The notes below the pieces were generated by a model. That model was not told the origin of the DNA. It made no database searches and was given only the letters and a program-made list of their open reading frames with translations. From NCBI GenBank assembly GCA_905215905.1, contig CAJMRI010000010.1, positions 2,838 through 66,837 of the forward strand: a DNA stretch of 64,000 bases. The letters run 5' to 3'. Source of the DNA: an uncultured bacterium (GTDB lineage: Bacteria > Actinomycetota > Coriobacteriia > Coriobacteriales > Coriobacteriaceae). A program made the translations under genes and the position numbers. Positions within the stretch are counted from its first letter, which is position 1. Every line of letters starts with the position of its first letter. Shown here in pieces: positions 39,039 to 49,100 of the stretch.

Positions 39039-40687
39039 CGCTGATCACCCTCGCGCGACCAGGGAAGGCGGATACGCGGGCGTTCGGTGCGCGTTGCACG
39101 GTCGGCGACCATATCGCTCCAAGGGCCGACGGCGCACCCCAGTTCCACGAGCATCTCGCGCGTGGCCTCGCGCACGCTAGTCGCAAAAGCGCTGGTCTGC
39201 CCCACTGCCTCGTCAGCGCGCCCAAACGCCATGAGCGCGGCGAGATCCTGCCCGCCATCGGCGATACGAATCTTGGAGCTTAACGCACAGGCAATCTCAA
39301 AGCGCATGGCGACGTCCTCGTCTGCCCCGCGCGCACCGAACCGGTTGAACACGGCGCTCATGCGCGTGCGCGGCACACCTACTCGACCTGCCAGTTCAAT
39401 GACGCGCGATGCCGATGCCGCGGACGACACCGCCGCATCGCCAACGACCAGGCAACGGTCGCTCGCCGCCACCGCAGCCGCCACGGCGTCGCCCCAAAAG
39501 ACCGAGGTATCGATAAAGACCACGTCGGATTCGCGACGCAGAACATCAAGCAGTAGCTCCACCGGACGTGCCATGAGCTCGGCTTGCTCGGGCGCCGCGA
39601 CGGGACCCCAGAGCGTAACGCCCGGCGCCACGCGCATCGAAGCGGCTACGATATCCGGCTCGGTGAGCATGCCCGCCGCCGACGGCTCGATAAGTGCCGC
39701 CATATCGCGCGGAGCATCGACGCCTAACAAGTCGTAAAGGTTTCCAAACATCAGGTCCAGGTCGAGCACGGCGGCACGCAAGCCCAACAGCGACGATGTG
39801 TGTGCCATGATGGCAACGATCGTCGACTTGCCGCAACCGCCCGAACCCGAAATAGCGCAGATGACTGGAGCTCGATGCGGCGGAGCGGTAGCGTCTGCCG
39901 GCGGCATCGGAGGCGGCGGGGCGGGCGTCGGTGACAGCGTCCCCGTCTCCCCCGCCGCAACCACGTGCTGCGTCCAAGCCGGCATGGCTGCTTGTTCGGT
40001 CTGCGAGGCAGGCTCGTTCTGCGCAATCTGCTCATGCTGCATCAGCGACAACTCGCCGCACCCGGCAAGGCCCTCAACTTCGTCGAGTTCATCCGCCAGA
40101 TTCACGCCGTGCACGTATCCCATATCTACTGCCGGGGAGTCGCCAGCATGCTGCGCCGGCCCTCCAGCGTCATCGTATACAAGGGGGTTCCGGGGGCGCC
40201 GACCATGCTCGGCTTCCGCTTTTCCATAATCATCAACACGCGGGCCTCTTGTAGCGCGAGGCGCCCCGGGTTCCCTATCAACAAAAGCATCGGGCTCAAT
40301 CGTCATGCGCCGATCGGAATCAACCGCTCCCTCGCCCGCGCGCCCGTTGCCGCATATACTGTGTGCAGCGATGACCTCGGTCGCCCCCGCGCGAAACAGC
40401 CCCTCGATATCCGACGGATCGAGCGCTTCTATCAACACGACCACGCGACTCACGCGGCCTTCGGCCGTCAGGCGCGCAACAGTCTTGCGCACATCTTCGG
40501 TATCAAACAGAGACGCCGCGATGATGGCAGCCCCGCGGCGCGACGGAAACGCCCGCGCCATGGAAACCAGCCCGTCCAGGTCACCCACGCGAAGCACCTG
40601 TGCACCCGCATCACGGCCCTCGACTTCCCGCTGCAACAGCCCGTAATCGCCGCACGCGCAGCACGCAAGCCAGATCGCCTTCATCAC
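39035..40687 (-). CDS. CpaE/TadZ-like ParA/MinD ATPase with receiver-like N-terminus
   Basis: GSGGCGKST, LDLDLMFG, VFIDT; long low-complexity Pro-rich linker. Confidence 0.82.
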   Translation of the reverse strand: MMKAIWLACCACGDYGLLQREVEGRDAGAQVLRVGDLDGLVSMARAFPSRRGAAIIAASLFDTEDVRKTVARLTAEGRVSRVVVLIEALDPSDIEGLFRAGATEVIAAHSICGNGRAGEGAVDSDRRMTIEPDAFVDREPGAPRATRGPRVDDYGKAEAEHGRRPRNPLVYDDAGGPAQHAGDSPAVDMGYVHGVNLADELDEVEGLAGCGELSLMQHEQIAQNEPASQTEQAAMPAWTQHVVAAGETGTLSPTPAPPPPMPPADATAPPHRAPVICAISGSGGCGKSTIVAIMAHTSSLLGLRAAVLDLDLMFGNLYDLLGVDAPRDMAALIEPSAAGMLTEPDIVAASMRVAPGVTLWGPVAAPEQAELMARPVELLLDVLRRESDVVFIDTSVFWGDAVAAAVAASDRCLVVGDAAVSSAASASRVIELAGRVGVPRTRMSAVFNRFGARGADEDVAMRFEIACALSSKIRIADGGQDLAALMAFGRADEAVGQTSAFATSVREATREMLVELGCAVGPWSDMVADRATRTERPRIRLPWSREGDQR

Positions 40688-41343
40688 TCGTCGCCTCCGC
40701 TCTTTTTGCCGCGCGCCGTGGCGGGAATCGTCAAGCTGACCGTTCCCTTGCCCGAGGCTCCCAGCAGTTCCTTGACGTCTTCGGGGTCAGCCGCCAGCGT
40801 CACCCATTCGATCTTGCCCTCGCGCGTGGCACCGGAATCCTCACTGGTATCGATCACGTACGCGCCGCACAGCCGATCGGTCACGCCGTCTTTTTGCACA
40901 TACACATCCACGTAGCTGCCCACGCCCGTAGCACCGCCGACCGAGTGCTCGGCATCGACCGCCACCGAAACGGCGACCTTGCCCTTAGGCACCTCGAGCT
41001 TGCGGCTCTCGACCTTGGTGTAGACATTGCAGATCACGGCGTTTTTGGGAATACGCGAAGTCGTCACGTCGCCGCGCACCTGGCGCAGCTCGGTCGCCGC
41101 GTCACGCGGCAGCAGACTCGTCAGCCACTCCTGGGTTATGACATTGGTCTCATCGAGGGTCTCGCCCACATCGATATCGCGCGCCGCGACGCATACCTCG
41201 ACGCGATCGCCACCGTACTTGGCCAAGGTCTCAGCCTGGACCTGTTCGGCTTGTGAGCGGATCGATGAGCCGTAAACCATGCAGAGCAGAGCAGCGAGCA
41301 CGCCCGCGACCAGACTGATGGCGATGCGCTTGCTCTTGTTCAC
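40684..41343 (-). CDS. cpaB: CpaB/RcpC (SAF-domain) pilus assembly protein
   Basis: N-terminal TM, VCVAARDIDVGETL, VPKGKVAVSV...VGG...GSYVDV. Confidence 0.85.
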   Translation of the reverse strand: MNKSKRIAISLVAGVLAALLCMVYGSSIRSQAEQVQAETLAKYGGDRVEVCVAARDIDVGETLDETNVITQEWLTSLLPRDAATELRQVRGDVTTSRIPKNAVICNVYTKVESRKLEVPKGKVAVSVAVDAEHSVGGATGVGSYVDVYVQKDGVTDRLCGAYVIDTSEDSGATREGKIEWVTLAADPEDVKELLGASGKGTVSLTIPATARGKKSGGDE

Positions 41344-41594
41344 GGCCGCTCCTCTCATGGCAGTGCCGGGCGAATGCCCGTACCACCATTGTCTGGGCGG
41401 TCAGAGTGCAAAGCGGCGCAATCGCAATCTTGGTTTTCGATGTCAAACCAATCGCTGACCAAAAGCTGACCAGCCCGTCAAGCTCGTGGCAAGGTTTTGG
41501 TCAGCACGTCAGCAAACTGCATGTTTCGAGGCTTTTCCGCAGCAAAAAGCCGTCTCCCGAACAGTTGGGAAACGGCTGTCATAGGAAAAATCAA

Positions 41595-42779
41595 TTACAG
41601 ATGGACATCGGGATCGAGCATTTGAGCACTCACGCGCATGGATGACGCCAGGTTTTGGAACGTTTCCAGACGCAGGCCATCGATCTGCCCGGCGTCCTCG
41701 GCCTCGCGAACGGCGCAACCCGGCTCATGGGTATGCGTGCAATCGCCAAACCGGCACGCACGCGATGCCTCGACAATCTCGGGGAAGGCGCGGGCCAGTC
41801 CCCGCTCGTGACCCACGAGCGGTAGGCTGCGCAGGCCCGGGGCATCGGCGATCACGCCGGCGTCGCCCGGCAGCGTCACCATCACGCGCGCGACGGTAGT
41901 GTGACGGCCCTGGTCGTCGCGTTCGCGCACACCGCCGGTCGCCAACGTATCGTGGCCCAGCAGCGCATTGAGCAGCGTCGACTTGCCGGCACCCGACTCG
42001 CCCAGAATCATGGCGCAGCTCCCGGCAGGCACGCAGGCACGGACCTCGTCCAGGCCGCGGCCCTCGGCAGAGGACGTCACGATCACGCGCACGTCCGGAC
42101 CCACCAGGCGGCGCACGCGGTCCAGATCGCGCTCGAGTTCCCCGGCATCGCAGCGGTCAGCTTTGGTGAGTACCACCACCGGCTCGGCATCGCAGTCGAG
42201 CGCCAATACCAGCGAACGCGCCACACGGTCGAGCAGCACCTCGCCGGCACCGAGCGCCTGCACGATTAGCACGCTATCCACGTTGGAGCAGAGCACCTGG
42301 CGCTCTCCGCGGGCACGGCCGCGCCAACGCTCAAAGCTCGTACGGCGCGGCAGCACGCATTCAATCACGCCCATATCGTGCCCGGGAGCGCGGCGCACCG
42401 CCACACGATCGCCCACGGCAGGCAGCAGGACCTCGTCCCCACCGCGCGACTTGGCAAATCCCACGGCATGCTCGGCGCGGAAGGCATCGTCGGCAGTCGC
42501 CACCAGCGGAAACCCACGATCCAAGCGCACCACGGCGCCAAGCTGCATCTGCTCGGGCTCCTCGGCATGTGCGCAGAAATCATCAAAGGCAGCCTGCTGA
42601 GCTTCATCGACCGGCAGGTCATCAAACGCCGGAACGTCCCGCAGCGCGTCAAGCCCCGGTACACTCGCCAGCAACTCCTCAGCAGATGCGGGAGCCTCGG
42701 TCGCGAGCTTCCGACGACGATCACGCTTAGCCCGCGCCCCCGTCGTCTTTTTCTTCGCTTTAGCCTTAGCCTTGCCCAC
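41595..42779 (-). CDS. rsgA: Ribosome small subunit-dependent GTPase A
   Basis: TKAD, GESGAGKSTLLN, GRHTT, DAPG, CRFGDCTHTHEPGCAV. Confidence 0.95.
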   Translation of the reverse strand: MGKAKAKAKKKTTGARAKRDRRRKLATEAPASAEELLASVPGLDALRDVPAFDDLPVDEAQQAAFDDFCAHAEEPEQMQLGAVVRLDRGFPLVATADDAFRAEHAVGFAKSRGGDEVLLPAVGDRVAVRRAPGHDMGVIECVLPRRTSFERWRGRARGERQVLCSNVDSVLIVQALGAGEVLLDRVARSLVLALDCDAEPVVVLTKADRCDAGELERDLDRVRRLVGPDVRVIVTSSAEGRGLDEVRACVPAGSCAMILGESGAGKSTLLNALLGHDTLATGGVRERDDQGRHTTVARVMVTLPGDAGVIADAPGLRSLPLVGHERGLARAFPEIVEASRACRFGDCTHTHEPGCAVREAEDAGQIDGLRLETFQNLASSMRVSAQMLDPDVHL

Positions 42780-42920
42780 AAGCGCCTCCCAGCACCACAA
42801 ATCACAACTGAGCAGGTATTTTCCCACAAAAAAGAGTCGGTCGAGCAAATGCTCGACCGACTCACACACTTTCCCCCAGCCTTTATCATCCGCGCGAGGA
42901 AAGCCAGCAGAGTCACCGCA

Positions 42921-43008
42921 GGGCCCGCCCCGGAAGCCCTTTCTCCCGAACGATCCCGCAGCGCAAAGCGCGAGGACCAGTGAGGGAGAAAGGGCGTGGG
43001 GCGGGCCC
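42921..43008. repeat. Long GC-rich imperfect hairpin just downstream of the P-type ATPase
   Basis: GGGCCCGCCCC/GGGGCGGGCCC, GCCCTTTCTCCC/GGGAGAAAGGGC, apex GCGC-AAA-GCGC. Confidence 0.75.
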
Positions 43009-43020
43009 GGACAGGTTAAT

Positions 43021-45702
43021 CTACTCCTTCTCCACAGCGCGCATGATCGCCTTGTAGATCTCCATCAGCGGGATGATCAGGAAGGCCAGGCCCAGGGCAG
43101 CGACAACGCCCTTGAGCTCAAGCGTCACGGGGCCAAAGAACATCTCGGCAAGCGTCGGCTGCACGGTCACGATCACCGTCAGCACCAGTGCCAGCGCGGC
43201 GGAAGCCCACAGCCACTTGTTCTGCTTCTTCATGGTGAACAGCGACGCACGACGGCTGCGCATATTGAAGCAGTGGAAAATCTCGACCATGTTGAGCGTG
43301 ATGAACGCCATCATCACGCCTTCCTCGTCGGCATTGCCGGCGATCATATCGGCGATGTGGATGTAGCCCATGTCAAAGTACACGCCCACAAAGAAGCTCG
43401 CCAGCACCAGCGCGGTGATGATTAGGCCCTGGACCACGCAGTCCAGACCCATATGTCCGGCAAAGACACCGTCCTTGGCGTTGCGCGGCTTGCGCTTCAT
43501 GATGTCGCCCTCGGCATCCTCCATGCCCAGCGCAAGCGCGGGGAAGCAGTCGGTGACCAGGTTCACCCACAGCAGCTGCACCGGCTGGAAGATGGTAAAG
43601 CCGATGAGCGTGGCGATAAACACCGAGAACACCTCGGCAAGGTTGGCCGAAAGCAGGAACTGGATGACCTTGCGGATGTTGTCGTAGATGCGACGACCCT
43701 CTTCGCAGGCGCCGATGATGGTAGCGAAGTTGTCATCGGCAAGTACCATGTCGGCGACGTTCTTGGTGACGTCGGTACCGGTGATGCCCATACCAACGCC
43801 AATGTCGGCGCGCTTGATGGACGGGGCGTCGTTGACGCCATCGCCCGTCATGGCCACGATCTGGTCGCGCGACTTCCAAGCCTCGACGATGCGTGTCTTG
43901 TGCTCGGGCTGGACGCGGGCGTACACGCCGTAGTCCTCGATGTGCGCGTCGAGTTCCTCGTCGCTCATGCGATCGAGGTCGGCACCGGTGATGGCCTGGC
44001 TGCGATCGGCGACGATGCCCAGCTGCTTGGCGATGGCCACGGCGGTGTCGATGTGGTCGCCCGTGATCATGACGGTGCGGATACCGGCGTCGTGCGCCTC
44101 GTGGATAGCGTCGGCCACCTCGGGACGGACCGGGTCGATCATGCCGGACAGGCCACAGAAGACCAGGTCATGCTCGAGCGCAGCGGGGCTGCAGTCGTCG
44201 GGAACCTCGGTGTAGGTGCGGCTTGCCAGCGCCAGTACGCGCAGGGCCTCGTCGGCCATGGCCTTGTTGGCCGCCACGAGCTCGGCGCGGCGCTCCTCGG
44301 TCAGGGGGACGACCTTATCGCCCTCGTAGATATGGGTGCACAGGCCGATCACCACGTCGGGCGCACCCTTGGTGTACTGCTCGTACTCGCCATCCAGGGT
44401 CTCGACGACCACGGACATCATCTTGCGGCCCGAGTCAAACGGGGCCTCGCCCACGCGCGGATGCTCGGCAGTCAGGCCAGTGAGGCCCGCCTTGCCGGCG
44501 TCGTTGACGAGCGCGCACTCAGTCGGCTCGCCCACGGCCTCGCCCAGCTCCTCGTCCCACTGAGCATCGGAGCACAGCGCCATGCCGGCCAGGAACTTCT
44601 CCTTGGGCGCAGCGAGCTCGTGCTTGACGACGGTCATCTTGTTCTGGGTAAGGGTACCGGTCTTGTCGGAGCAGATGGTCTGCGTGCAGCCAAGGGTCTC
44701 GACGGCAGAGAGCTTGCGGATAATCGCCTGGCGCTTGGCCATCTTGGTCACGCCGAGCGAAAGGACGATGGTCACGACGGCGACCAGGCCCTCGGGAATG
44801 GCAGCGACGGCAAGCGAGACGGCGACCATAAAGGTGTCGAGCAGGGCAGTCGGGTCGGTGAGGACATTGCCCACGCCGTGGCGGAGGATGTCAACGCCAA
44901 AGATCACGACGCAGATGACGATCACCATAATGGTAAGGATGCGGCTGAGCTCGGCGAGCTTCACCTGCAGCGGCGTGAGCTCTTCCTTGGCCTCGGCCAG
45001 GGCGCCGGCGATCTTGCCCATCTCGGTGTTCATGCCGGTGCCGACCACGACGGCGCGACCACGGCCGTACACGACGGTGGAGCCCATATAGCACATGTTC
45101 TTACGGTCGCCGAGCGGCACGTCGTCGGTGCCGGCGGCGAGCTCGATCACGTTGGCATGCTTCTCGACGGGCACGGACTCGCCGGTGAGCGCGGCCTCTT
45201 CGATCTTCATCGTGGCGCTCTCGAGCACGCGGCAGTCGGCCGGGACGGAGTCGCCCGCCTCGAGCATGATCACGTCGCCGGGCACGAGCTCGGCACTCGG
45301 CAGGTGCACGAGCTTGCCGTCGCGTAGCACCTTGGACTGCGCCGCACTCATCTCCTGCAGGGCCTCGAGGGCCTCCTCGCTCTTGGCTTCCTGGACCACG
45401 CCCAGCACCGAGTTGACGATAACGACGAACATGATGATGGCAACATCGGCAAAGTCGGGCTCGCCCTTGACCATGCCCGTGAGCGCACTGATGACGGCGG
45501 CAACGATCAGCATGATGACCATAGGGTCAGCCATCTGTTCAAAGAAACGCTTCCACAGCGGCGTCTTCTCAGCTTCCTCGAGCTTGTTAGGGCCTGTCTT
45601 GGCGAGGCGCGACGACGCCTCGTCGTTGCTCAGGCCGAGGTTCTCATCGACACCTTGGTCGCTGAGCACCTCCGCCGCGGCGGACAGGTATTCCTTTTGC
45701 AT
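43021..45702 (-). CDS. Cation-transporting P-type ATPase (P2A, Ca2+-type)
   Basis: TGES, IPEGL, DKTGT, KGAP, TGDGVNDAP, LLWVNLVTD. Confidence 0.95.
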   Translation of the reverse strand: MQKEYLSAAAEVLSDQGVDENLGLSNDEASSRLAKTGPNKLEEAEKTPLWKRFFEQMADPMVIMLIVAAVISALTGMVKGEPDFADVAIIMFVVIVNSVLGVVQEAKSEEALEALQEMSAAQSKVLRDGKLVHLPSAELVPGDVIMLEAGDSVPADCRVLESATMKIEEAALTGESVPVEKHANVIELAAGTDDVPLGDRKNMCYMGSTVVYGRGRAVVVGTGMNTEMGKIAGALAEAKEELTPLQVKLAELSRILTIMVIVICVVIFGVDILRHGVGNVLTDPTALLDTFMVAVSLAVAAIPEGLVAVVTIVLSLGVTKMAKRQAIIRKLSAVETLGCTQTICSDKTGTLTQNKMTVVKHELAAPKEKFLAGMALCSDAQWDEELGEAVGEPTECALVNDAGKAGLTGLTAEHPRVGEAPFDSGRKMMSVVVETLDGEYEQYTKGAPDVVIGLCTHIYEGDKVVPLTEERRAELVAANKAMADEALRVLALASRTYTEVPDDCSPAALEHDLVFCGLSGMIDPVRPEVADAIHEAHDAGIRTVMITGDHIDTAVAIAKQLGIVADRSQAITGADLDRMSDEELDAHIEDYGVYARVQPEHKTRIVEAWKSRDQIVAMTGDGVNDAPSIKRADIGVGMGITGTDVTKNVADMVLADDNFATIIGACEEGRRIYDNIRKVIQFLLSANLAEVFSVFIATLIGFTIFQPVQLLWVNLVTDCFPALALGMEDAEGDIMKRKPRNAKDGVFAGHMGLDCVVQGLIITALVLASFFVGVYFDMGYIHIADMIAGNADEEGVMMAFITLNMVEIFHCFNMRSRRASLFTMKKQNKWLWASAALALVLTVIVTVQPTLAEMFFGPVTLELKGVVAALGLAFLIIPLMEIYKAIMRAVEKE

Positions 45703-46144
45703 ATAGAGTCCCCTCCTGGGATTCGGGCCACTCAGCAGATTGATGCCCGATCATAATTCCCAGGAGAAGGGCAAGGGCTCATCAAGGCTGCCGTGCTGAG
45801 CGGCAGTTGATAGTGGAGCTATGGTACCCCAAAGCGACGCGTCTAGCCAAAACAATCGGTTTGGAAATATGGTCCGCACGCAACGGTGCAGACCGTGTGA
45901 TGCTCAACATTGGTAAAACGTTTTTTCTTCGGCACATCGCCAAACTGACATATCGCCCAGATAGCAGCGGTTGGAGTGGTTGGTAAAGATTTTTCATATA
46001 CCGTTTTTCCCGCAAAAAATGAACTTCCATTTCGGCATACGGTCGATTTTTTGGGGTATTCGGTCGGCATTTCGTTATAATCATCTCGGTTTTATTTCTT
46101 ATGGTTTATCTATCAGCGCAAGACGATGTCAGATGGAGGTCTGA

Positions 46145-47605
46145 ATGTACAAGCGCACTAAGATTGTATGCACCATGGGTCCCGCCTGCGATAGCGACGA
46201 GACCATCCGCGAGATGATCAAGGCGGGCATGAACGTCGCCCGTTTTAACTTCTCGCACGGCTCCTACGACGAGCACCACGGTCGCATCGAGCGCGTCCGC
46301 CGTATTTCCAAGGAGCTCGGTCTGCCTGTCGGCATCCTGCTCGACACCAAGGGCCCCGAGGTCCGCACCGGCCTTCTGGTCGACGGCAAGAAGGTTGCCG
46401 TCAAGACCGGCGATAAGATCGTCGTCACCGCTCAGCCCACGTCCGAGGATTTCCACGGCACCGCTAAGCACATCTCCCTCGACTACCTGGCTCTGCCTTC
46501 CGAGGTCGAGAAGGGCTCCCTCATCCTGATCGATGACGGCCTGGTTGCCCTCGAGGTCGAGTCCGTCAGCGGCCAGGACATGACCTGCGTCGTTAAGAAC
46601 GACGGCCTGATCGGCGAGCGCAAGGGCGTCAACATGCCCAACGTCAACATCTCGCTGCCCGCTATCACCGAGCGCGATCGTCAGGACATCCTCTTTGGCC
46701 TGACCGAGAACATCGACTACATCGCCGCTTCCTTCATCCGTGACGGCGAGTCCGTCCGCGGCATCCGCAAGCTTTGCCGCGAGAACGGTGGCGAGCACGT
46801 GACGATCTTCCCGAAGATCGAGTGTGCCCTGGGCGTCGAGAACTTCGACGAGATCCTCGAGGCTTCCGACGGCATCATGGTCGCCCGTGGCGACCTGGGC
46901 ATCGAGATCAAGCCCGAGCTCGTTCCCCACATCCAGAAGGAGATCATCGCCAAGTGCAACGCGGCCTACAAGCCCGTCATCACTGCTACGCAGATGCTCG
47001 ACTCCATGCAGCAGAACCCGCGCCCGACGCGCGCCGAGGTTGCCGACGTTGCTAACGCCATCTACGACGGCACCGACGCCGTTATGCTCTCTGGCGAGTC
47101 CGCTGCCGGTAAGTACCCGGTCGAGGCCGTCAAGATGCAGGCCAGCATTGCTCTCGAGACCGAGAAGTACCTCCCGGCCCACGCTCCGCTCGAGGTTCCG
47201 GCCGATGCTCACGGCACCCGCGTCGTCAACAACGTTGTGGGTATGTCCGCTGTGAACATGGCTACCACCGTTGGCGCCAAGTGCATCACCGTGCCGACGA
47301 CCACCGGTCGTACCGCTCGCCTGATCTCGCACTTCCGTCCCAACATGCCGATCTGCGCGTTCTCCCGCCACGAGTGGGCCGTCCAGCAGATGATCATGTA
47401 CTGGGGCGTTATCCCGCATCAGGCCGAGATTACCCAGGGCACCGTCAACGGCACGATCGTCAAGGCGATCGAGACCGCTAAGGAGCTCGGCTACGTCGAG
47501 GCTGGCGATTTGACCGTCGCTACCGCCGGCGATCCCCGCATGAGCGTCCAGCTCGAGGACAAGGTCTCCTCGACCAACGTCGCTTACGTCGCTCAGGTGC
47601 GTTAA
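46145..47605 (+). CDS. pyk: Pyruvate kinase
   Basis: TKIVCTMGP, RFNFSHG, DTKGPE, MVARGDLG, ATQMLDSM, MLSGES. Confidence 0.98.
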   Translation: MYKRTKIVCTMGPACDSDETIREMIKAGMNVARFNFSHGSYDEHHGRIERVRRISKELGLPVGILLDTKGPEVRTGLLVDGKKVAVKTGDKIVVTAQPTSEDFHGTAKHISLDYLALPSEVEKGSLILIDDGLVALEVESVSGQDMTCVVKNDGLIGERKGVNMPNVNISLPAITERDRQDILFGLTENIDYIAASFIRDGESVRGIRKLCRENGGEHVTIFPKIECALGVENFDEILEASDGIMVARGDLGIEIKPELVPHIQKEIIAKCNAAYKPVITATQMLDSMQQNPRPTRAEVADVANAIYDGTDAVMLSGESAAGKYPVEAVKMQASIALETEKYLPAHAPLEVPADAHGTRVVNNVVGMSAVNMATTVGAKCITVPTTTGRTARLISHFRPNMPICAFSRHEWAVQQMIMYWGVIPHQAEITQGTVNGTIVKAIETAKELGYVEAGDLTVATAGDPRMSVQLEDKVSSTNVAYVAQVR

Positions 47606-47633
47606 GTCGTACTTGCAAGCATGTTTGCATTGC

Positions 47634-47670
47634 AAAGGGCCCGGAAGGCTTCGCCTTCCGGGCCCTTTTT
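47634..47670 (+). terminator. pyk terminator
   Basis: AAAGGGCCCGGAAGG-CTTCG-CCTTCCGGGCCCTTTTT. Confidence 0.88.
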
Positions 47671-48026
47671 CTGTGTCAATGCCGGCACACGACAAAACAC
47701 GCACCCATTTCTTTACCAAAAGCGCGAAATCCACCTTTCGAGGCCCAAAAATAAAGTCCCAAGCGCTAAAAGTGTTCGCCCGATGGCGAAACCACACCTT
47801 ACCCGACGCTGCTAAATCGTTTTAGCAAGAGCCAGATCGACCGCGTTTTCGGAAGTATGCGGCAAATTCTGAGACCTCCGAGCACACCCCGTTTTTTCGC
47901 AACAAAATGCCTGATAAACTGGCCTCAAAAGCCAGGTCTGCTCACAGGGTTCAGATTTTGCCGCATACTTCCGAATTGACGCTGGCATCGCACGGTCCAA
48001 AAGCACATTTCGACCAGGAGGATATC

Positions 48027-49100
48027 ATGGACCTGACGCTATGCGGTCAATCCGCTTTTTACTATCACCGTATCCCGCCGCAGGTATTAGGGCTTTACCC
48101 CGCTATTAGCCTTGGCAATATGGATCGCAGATGTTGCGGCCTCGGAAGTCATGCAGTTGTAAAAGACCTGCTTCACGCACCGCTTCACAGGCTTGTATTC
48201 ACTCGAGCACAATCCGGGTCGCGAAGCCTGTTTAAATCGCACCTCCTGACCCAAGAGCCGCCTCCCGGGTCGTTTAGGCAAACTGAACATGGATTTGATG
48301 TCACGTCGCCCGAGTTTACGCTGCTCAGCCTTGCTACGCAGGTCTCACGCAACCAGTTACTCATGGCTTGCTACGAGATGTGCGGCTCCTTTGCAGTGTT
48401 TACGCCCTGCGAGCGAACGCAACAACAACTCGATGAAGCCATTTCGCTTAAGCTCATTCCATCCAACTGCGGTTGGGAGCGTGTTGTCGACACCAAGGGC
48501 AATGACACCAATTTGTGGAAGCGCCCGCCGCTCCTCAGCGCGGCGGATATCGCCGCGTTCGCCAAGCAGGCTGCAGGCCTGCGCGGCGTTAAACAACTGC
48601 GCTGGGCGGCCGAGCACATGACGGGGCAGACCGCCTCGCCCTTCGAAGTACAGACCTCTATGCTTGTCTCGCTCCCCCGCAACGAGGGCGGCATGGGCAT
48701 CAACATCGCAAACAACGTGCGCATCCCACTTAGCGACGCCGCGCGCTCACTGTATGACAAAACCTGCTGCTACGCCGATATCCTCATCGAGAGCAACACC
48801 GACAGCATGGGCGTCATCTTGGAATGCCAAGGCCGCTCCGCCCACGATGGCGAAGCCGCAAGTCTCTCCGATGCCGAGCGCACCACCGCCCTCACAAGCA
48901 TGGGCTATGACGTTATCCAGATAACCTATGAGCAAATCAAAGACACGAAGAGCTTTAACAACATCGCCGAACTCATCCATAAAAAGGCAGGGCTCCCCTA
49001 CATCCCAAAGACCGATCAGAAACGCACCACCGAAGATGCCCTGCGGCGGGAGCTATTGGTCGATTGGGATGAGCTGTTCGCCGTCAAGCCGGCCAGCTAG
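48027..49100 (+). CDS. Hypothetical protein with C-terminal PD-(D/E)xK/DUF559-like domain
   Basis: RBS AGGAGG; TSPE..L, SPFE, YADIL...ILECQG..H, D..R..AL..MGY.VI.IT pattern. Confidence 0.7.
   Translation: MDLTLCGQSAFYYHRIPPQVLGLYPAISLGNMDRRCCGLGSHAVVKDLLHAPLHRLVFTRAQSGSRSLFKSHLLTQEPPPGSFRQTEHGFDVTSPEFTLLSLATQVSRNQLLMACYEMCGSFAVFTPCERTQQQLDEAISLKLIPSNCGWERVVDTKGNDTNLWKRPPLLSAADIAAFAKQAAGLRGVKQLRWAAEHMTGQTASPFEVQTSMLVSLPRNEGGMGINIANNVRIPLSDAARSLYDKTCCYADILIESNTDSMGVILECQGRSAHDGEAASLSDAERTTALTSMGYDVIQITYEQIKDTKSFNNIAELIHKKAGLPYIPKTDQKRTTEDALRRELLVDWDELFAVKPAS

Noticed and set aside
31022..41594. Tad locus as a tRNA-Phe-integrated genomic island
   Set aside because: It lies on the 5' side of the tRNA, with no att duplication or integrase.
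43453..45327. Long antisense or alternate-frame ORFs (also 23116-24567, 23133-24791, 46106-47797, 54158-55462)
   Set aside because: Expected shadows of high-GC genes; no motifs recognised.
45911..45926. LacI/cre-like palindrome AAAACGTTTT upstream of pyk
   Set aside because: Short and AT-rich in an AT-rich spacer; unsupported without comparative data.
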